Assembly: GCA_014360335.1 (NCBI GenBank)
Contig: JACIXS010000055.1
Location: 9,582 to 73,581, forward strand
Reading direction: 5' to 3'
DNA from: a bacterium
GTDB lineage: Bacteria; DUMJ01
Length of the DNA: 64,000 nucleotides
The notes under the pieces were generated by a model. That model searched no databases and was not told where the DNA came from. It worked only from the letters and a program-made list of their open reading frames with translations. Positions 60,903 through 64,000 of the stretch are shown piece after piece (positions within the stretch are counted from its first letter, which is position 1; each line of letters starts with the position of its first letter). Made by a program: the position numbers and the translations under genes.

Positions 60903-61517
60903 TTGCAGAAACAGAGTATGCTAGTTGAACGTAATAATCGTCTAGAATCAGAATTGGCTAGGTTAAAGATAGAGAGGGACATACTCAATAATCAGATCAA
61001 GACCTTGAAACGTTTAGAGGTTGCCTCTGGTTTTAAAGAGAGTAATACTAGATTCGATCTTCTAGGGGCTAAGGTTATAAGAAGAGAGCCAAGTCAATGG
61101 CTGAATACCATCCTTTTAGACAGAGGAAGGTTAGATGGGGTTAAACCAAATATGGCTGTAATAAACGAGAATGGTTTGGTTGGTAAAGTCATCTCTGTTA
61201 GTGATTACACTTCTAGGGTCTTATTTATATTGGACCCCGGGAACACCGTAAGTGTTAAGATCTTAAGGAATAATGTTATGGGTGTATTAAAAGGAAATGG
61301 TGATGGAACCTGTAGTTTACAGTATGTACCTACTGGGGCTGATATTAAGGTGGGAGATACTATTGTAACTTCTGAGGCGAGCGAGTTATATCCCAGTGGA
61401 ATAGTTGTTGGAAAGATAGATAATATTAATAGCAAACCAGGTGAGACATTTTTGAATATTACTGTTACGCCATCCGTTGATTTCTCTAATATATACTACC
61501 TCTGGATAGTAAGGTAA
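60903..61517 (+). CDS. mreC: rod shape-determining protein MreC. The conserved N-terminal TM helix and linker are encoded in-frame upstream (60717-60902) with no ATG/GTG/TTG, so the true start is likely further upstream and non-canonical.
   Basis: Coiled coil followed by beta domains (LVGKVISVSDYTSRVLFILDP ... GDTIVTSEASELYPSGIVVGKI). The in-frame upstream segment encodes LLITLLIISLCLLIVFIDTV. Confidence 0.85.
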   Translation: MQKQSMLVERNNRLESELARLKIERDILNNQIKTLKRLEVASGFKESNTRFDLLGAKVIRREPSQWLNTILLDRGRLDGVKPNMAVINENGLVGKVISVSDYTSRVLFILDPGNTVSVKILRNNVMGVLKGNGDGTCSLQYVPTGADIKVGDTIVTSEASELYPSGIVVGKIDNINSKPGETFLNITVTPSVDFSNIYYLWIVR

Positions 61518-61518
61518 A

Positions 61519-62019
61519 ATGGACTTGAAAGAAAAGATAATAGGTATACTGGTAAATGCTGTATGGCTCCTTTTAGGAGCTTTCTTAAATATCTTTTATC
61601 CTAATATGTTTTCTGTTAATTCTTTGCTTCCCAATTTTCTCTTAGTAATCTCTATATTTATGTCATTTTCTAACGGATTTTTGGGTATAGCACCTTTGGT
61701 TGTTATTGTAGGTTTGATAGATAGTATATGGAGAGGGATAAATCCAGGGGTTAACGTGTTGAGTTTGATAGGTTCTCTCGGTCTAGTACATCTTTTCTTT
61801 CACAGACTGTGGAGTGGTAAATGGGTTATAGTGACTTCTATATTTTTAGCTACATTACTCTATTTTTTTATCAGTTTTTCGTTGATACATCTTAATAAGT
61901 TGGGGGTATTTACCATTAATGATGCGTTGGATTTTGGACTGACTCAAGGTATATATAACTCTATCTGGGGGATCATAATACTTCTGTTTTTTAGAAGGTA
62001 TCTTAAGACAGATAGATGA
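61519..62019 (+). CDS. mreD: rod shape-determining protein MreD
   Basis: 166-aa polytopic membrane protein immediately after mreC. Confidence 0.7.
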   Translation: MDLKEKIIGILVNAVWLLLGAFLNIFYPNMFSVNSLLPNFLLVISIFMSFSNGFLGIAPLVVIVGLIDSIWRGINPGVNVLSLIGSLGLVHLFFHRLWSGKWVIVTSIFLATLLYFFISFSLIHLNKLGVFTINDALDFGLTQGIYNSIWGIIILLFFRRYLKTDR

Positions 62020-63773
62020 GGGTAAGGGTCTACATCTTTTATCTATTTATATTAACCTTAGGGATAGTATTAATAGTAAAGCTATATCAGATTCAGGTCG
62101 TACAAGGAGAGTATTTTAGAGAATTAGCAGAGGGTAACAGGATAAGACTTTTCTCAGTCTCTGCCCCTAGAGGAGAGATTATCGATAGAAAGGGTAGAAT
62201 AATGGCTAAAAATAGGCCTAGTTTTACCGTCTCTGTTATTCCATTTGAGGGAGAAAAAGAGGAATCCCTAAAACTTTTAAGTAAGATAACTGGTGTATCC
62301 TATACTGAGATTAAAGAAAAGATTAAAGGGGCGCCAAATAAGTTACAACCTGTAAATATAGTATTAGATGCGGATTTAAAGATGGTAAGTAAGATAAAAG
62401 AACTAGAGGACAAACTTCCTGGGGTTTTAGTTACAACCAATGTGATAAGAGAGTATCCCAATAAAAGTTTAGCCTCGCATATATTGGGATATGTTGGGGA
62501 GGTCTCTAAAGAGGAGATGGAGGTCTTCAAGGATTTAGGGGTAGGGATGGGAGATATAGTAGGCAAGGCTGGGATTGAAAGGACGTATCAGGGTAAACTT
62601 ATGGGGGTTCCTGGTGGAGAGCAGGTAGAGGTCGATGCGATGGGAAGACCAATAAAGATTCTAGGGACGGTTCCACCTATTCCAGGCTCAACCTTAGTAA
62701 CTACGATAGATCTAGACCTACAAAAAATAGTTGAAGAATCTTTGCATAGGAGAGGATTACCAGGCGCGATAGTTGTAATGGACCCTAGAAATGGAGATAT
62801 ATTGGCAATGGCTAGTTATCCAGATTTTAATCCGAATAGTTTTGCTAGAGGCATAACTTCAAAGGAATGGAGAGAACTTTTATCCCCCAAAAAACCACTT
62901 CTCAATAGGGCTATATCTGCTGTATATCCACCTGGTTCTACTTTTAAGATTGTAGTTGCCTTGGCTGCACTGGCTGAAAATGTGGTAGATAGAGATACAA
63001 CATTCTACTGTCCAGGTTCTATGATGATAGGTAATAGAAGGTTTAGGTGTTGGACTGCACATGGAAGGATAAACTTCTTGAGCGCAATAGCAAAATCCTG
63101 CGATGTAACCTTTTATACCATAGGACTGAAATTAGGAGCTGAAAGGATAGCTAGATATGCAAAACTACTTGGCTTGGGAGAGCCTACAGGGATAGATATT
63201 CCAGGAGAAGTAAAAGGGCTTATTCCAGAGCCTTCTTGGAAAAAAGAACCTTGGTATATTGGTGATACCGCTAATATGTCTATAGGACAGGGTTATGTAC
63301 AGGTGACCCCTATACAGATGGCTGTTCTGGTTAGCGCTATTGCAAATGGAGGAAAGGTCTATAAGCCTAGGATCGTATCTAAGATAATAAATCAGGATGG
63401 AACGGTAGAAGTATTACCTCCGATACTTATAAGAGACCTCTCTAAGTTTAAGAGAGAAATTGATATAATAAGAGAAGGTATGGAGTTAGTTGTAAAAGCA
63501 GGGACTGGTAGTTTGGCTAAACTTGAAGGAATAACCGTAGCAGGTAAGACTGGAACTGCGGAGAATTTTCCTAATGCTGAGAACCCTTTAGGTAAAGACC
63601 ATGCATGGTTTATAGCGTATGCACCAGCGGATAATCCTAGGATTGCTCTTTCAATAGTTATAGAGCAGGGAGGTCATGGAGGTTCTACCTCTGCTCCTAT
63701 CTCTGCTGAGATTATTAATTATTACTTGACTGGGGAAAAGATAATTAGAGGTGGAGGATGGCAGGGAGACTAA
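62016..63773 (+). CDS. mrdA: penicillin-binding protein 2 (elongasome transpeptidase)
   Basis: N-terminal TM, PBP dimerisation domain, transpeptidase SxxK (GSTFKI), SxN and KTG (AGKTGTAE) motifs. Confidence 0.9.
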   Translation: MRVRVYIFYLFILTLGIVLIVKLYQIQVVQGEYFRELAEGNRIRLFSVSAPRGEIIDRKGRIMAKNRPSFTVSVIPFEGEKEESLKLLSKITGVSYTEIKEKIKGAPNKLQPVNIVLDADLKMVSKIKELEDKLPGVLVTTNVIREYPNKSLASHILGYVGEVSKEEMEVFKDLGVGMGDIVGKAGIERTYQGKLMGVPGGEQVEVDAMGRPIKILGTVPPIPGSTLVTTIDLDLQKIVEESLHRRGLPGAIVVMDPRNGDILAMASYPDFNPNSFARGITSKEWRELLSPKKPLLNRAISAVYPPGSTFKIVVALAALAENVVDRDTTFYCPGSMMIGNRRFRCWTAHGRINFLSAIAKSCDVTFYTIGLKLGAERIARYAKLLGLGEPTGIDIPGEVKGLIPEPSWKKEPWYIGDTANMSIGQGYVQVTPIQMAVLVSAIANGGKVYKPRIVSKIINQDGTVEVLPPILIRDLSKFKREIDIIREGMELVVKAGTGSLAKLEGITVAGKTGTAENFPNAENPLGKDHAWFIAYAPADNPRIALSIVIEQGGHGGSTSAPISAEIINYYLTGEKIIRGGGWQGD

Positions 63774-63776
63774 GAT

Positions 63777-64000
63777 GGGTATTACTGTAAAAGGAGAGAA
63801 AAGTTATATAACAATCAAGATAGAAGGTGAGGTTGATAGTGAATCTATCGATGGACTTAAGGCACAGATAGAGAAAAATAGAACTTTTTTTAGAGATGGA
63901 AAGGTTCTTATAAAGTATGCTGGAGAAGGGATACCTTGTAAGGCTTTAAATGAAATAATTGGTATACTATCTGATATAGAGAATATAACTGTATTGGGAG
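63777..64000 (+). CDS. minC: possible septum site-determining protein MinC, N-terminal fragment (continues beyond window)
   Basis: It starts 3 nt after PBP2 with an N-terminus (MGITVKGEKSYITIKIEGEV...) reminiscent of the MinC N-domain, but too little sequence is available to be sure. Confidence 0.35.

Noticed and set aside
1-64000. CRISPR arrays, tRNA/rRNA genes, IS elements
   Set aside because: No repeat-spacer periodicity was seen. Intergenic gaps are all under 170 bp and are explained by promoters or hairpins. No transposase-like or integrase-like ORFs are present.

Overview
The window is a compact, AT-rich, gene-dense bacterial chromosomal segment with near-zero intergenic space, typical of a thermophilic anaerobe. 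The lineage is not certain; features are mixed Thermotogae/Dictyoglomi/Firmicutes-like. It is almost entirely housekeeping and carbohydrate metabolism, with no obvious mobile element, CRISPR array, tRNA or rRNA.

Gene content in order:
- Minus strand, 1-4484: purine operon purF(partial)-purL-purQ-[purC-purS fusion], with a sigma70-like promoter and a downstream terminator.
- Minus strand, 4646-15336: beta-glucan/manno-oligosaccharide utilisation locus: LacI regulator, Opp-type family-5 binding protein, permeases OppB/OppC, ATPases OppD/OppF, cytoplasmic GH5 and cytoplasmic GH3.
- Plus strand, 15504-33901: one long co-directional array: archaeal-type phosphoglycerate mutase (apgM), an N-terminal SEC-C-motif protein, a DUF1015 protein, a 1216-aa secreted TPR + transglutaminase-like protein, secA, prfB (canonical CTT TGA C +1 frameshift site found), mltG, then an envelope-glycan cluster.
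- The glycan cluster comprises a GH105/88-like hydrolase, an ArnC/GtrB-like GT2, a heparinase II/III-like protein, and a 960-aa three-domain fusion (MprF-type flippase-like TM region + ArnT/PMT-like GT-C + NodB-like deacetylase domain).
- Minus strand, 33853-35508: hslO and mrp/apbC.
- Plus strand, 35649-50641: a complete dcw cluster: mraZ (preceded by three AAGTGG repeats at 10-bp spacing), rsmH, ftsL, ftsI, murE, mraY, murD, ftsW, murG, murC, murB, a short FtsQ-like protein, a DUF881 protein, sbp, ftsA and ftsZ.
- Plus strand, 50782-64000: radical SAM (TIGR03960-like) coupled to an orphan HlyD-like adaptor, sepF, hisS, aspS, orphan rnfB, apbE, a Gx-transporter-like gene, maf, mreBCD, PBP2 and partial minC.

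Most notable observations:
- The three-in-one lipid-linked glycan modification fusion with its GT2 partner.
- A SecA-tail (SEC-C) mimic protein two genes upstream of secA.
- Two genes (radical SAM after ftsZ, mreC after mreB) whose conserved N-termini are encoded in-frame upstream of the first canonical start codon, immediately after the stop of the upstream cytoskeletal gene. This suggests non-canonical initiation or termination-reinitiation.
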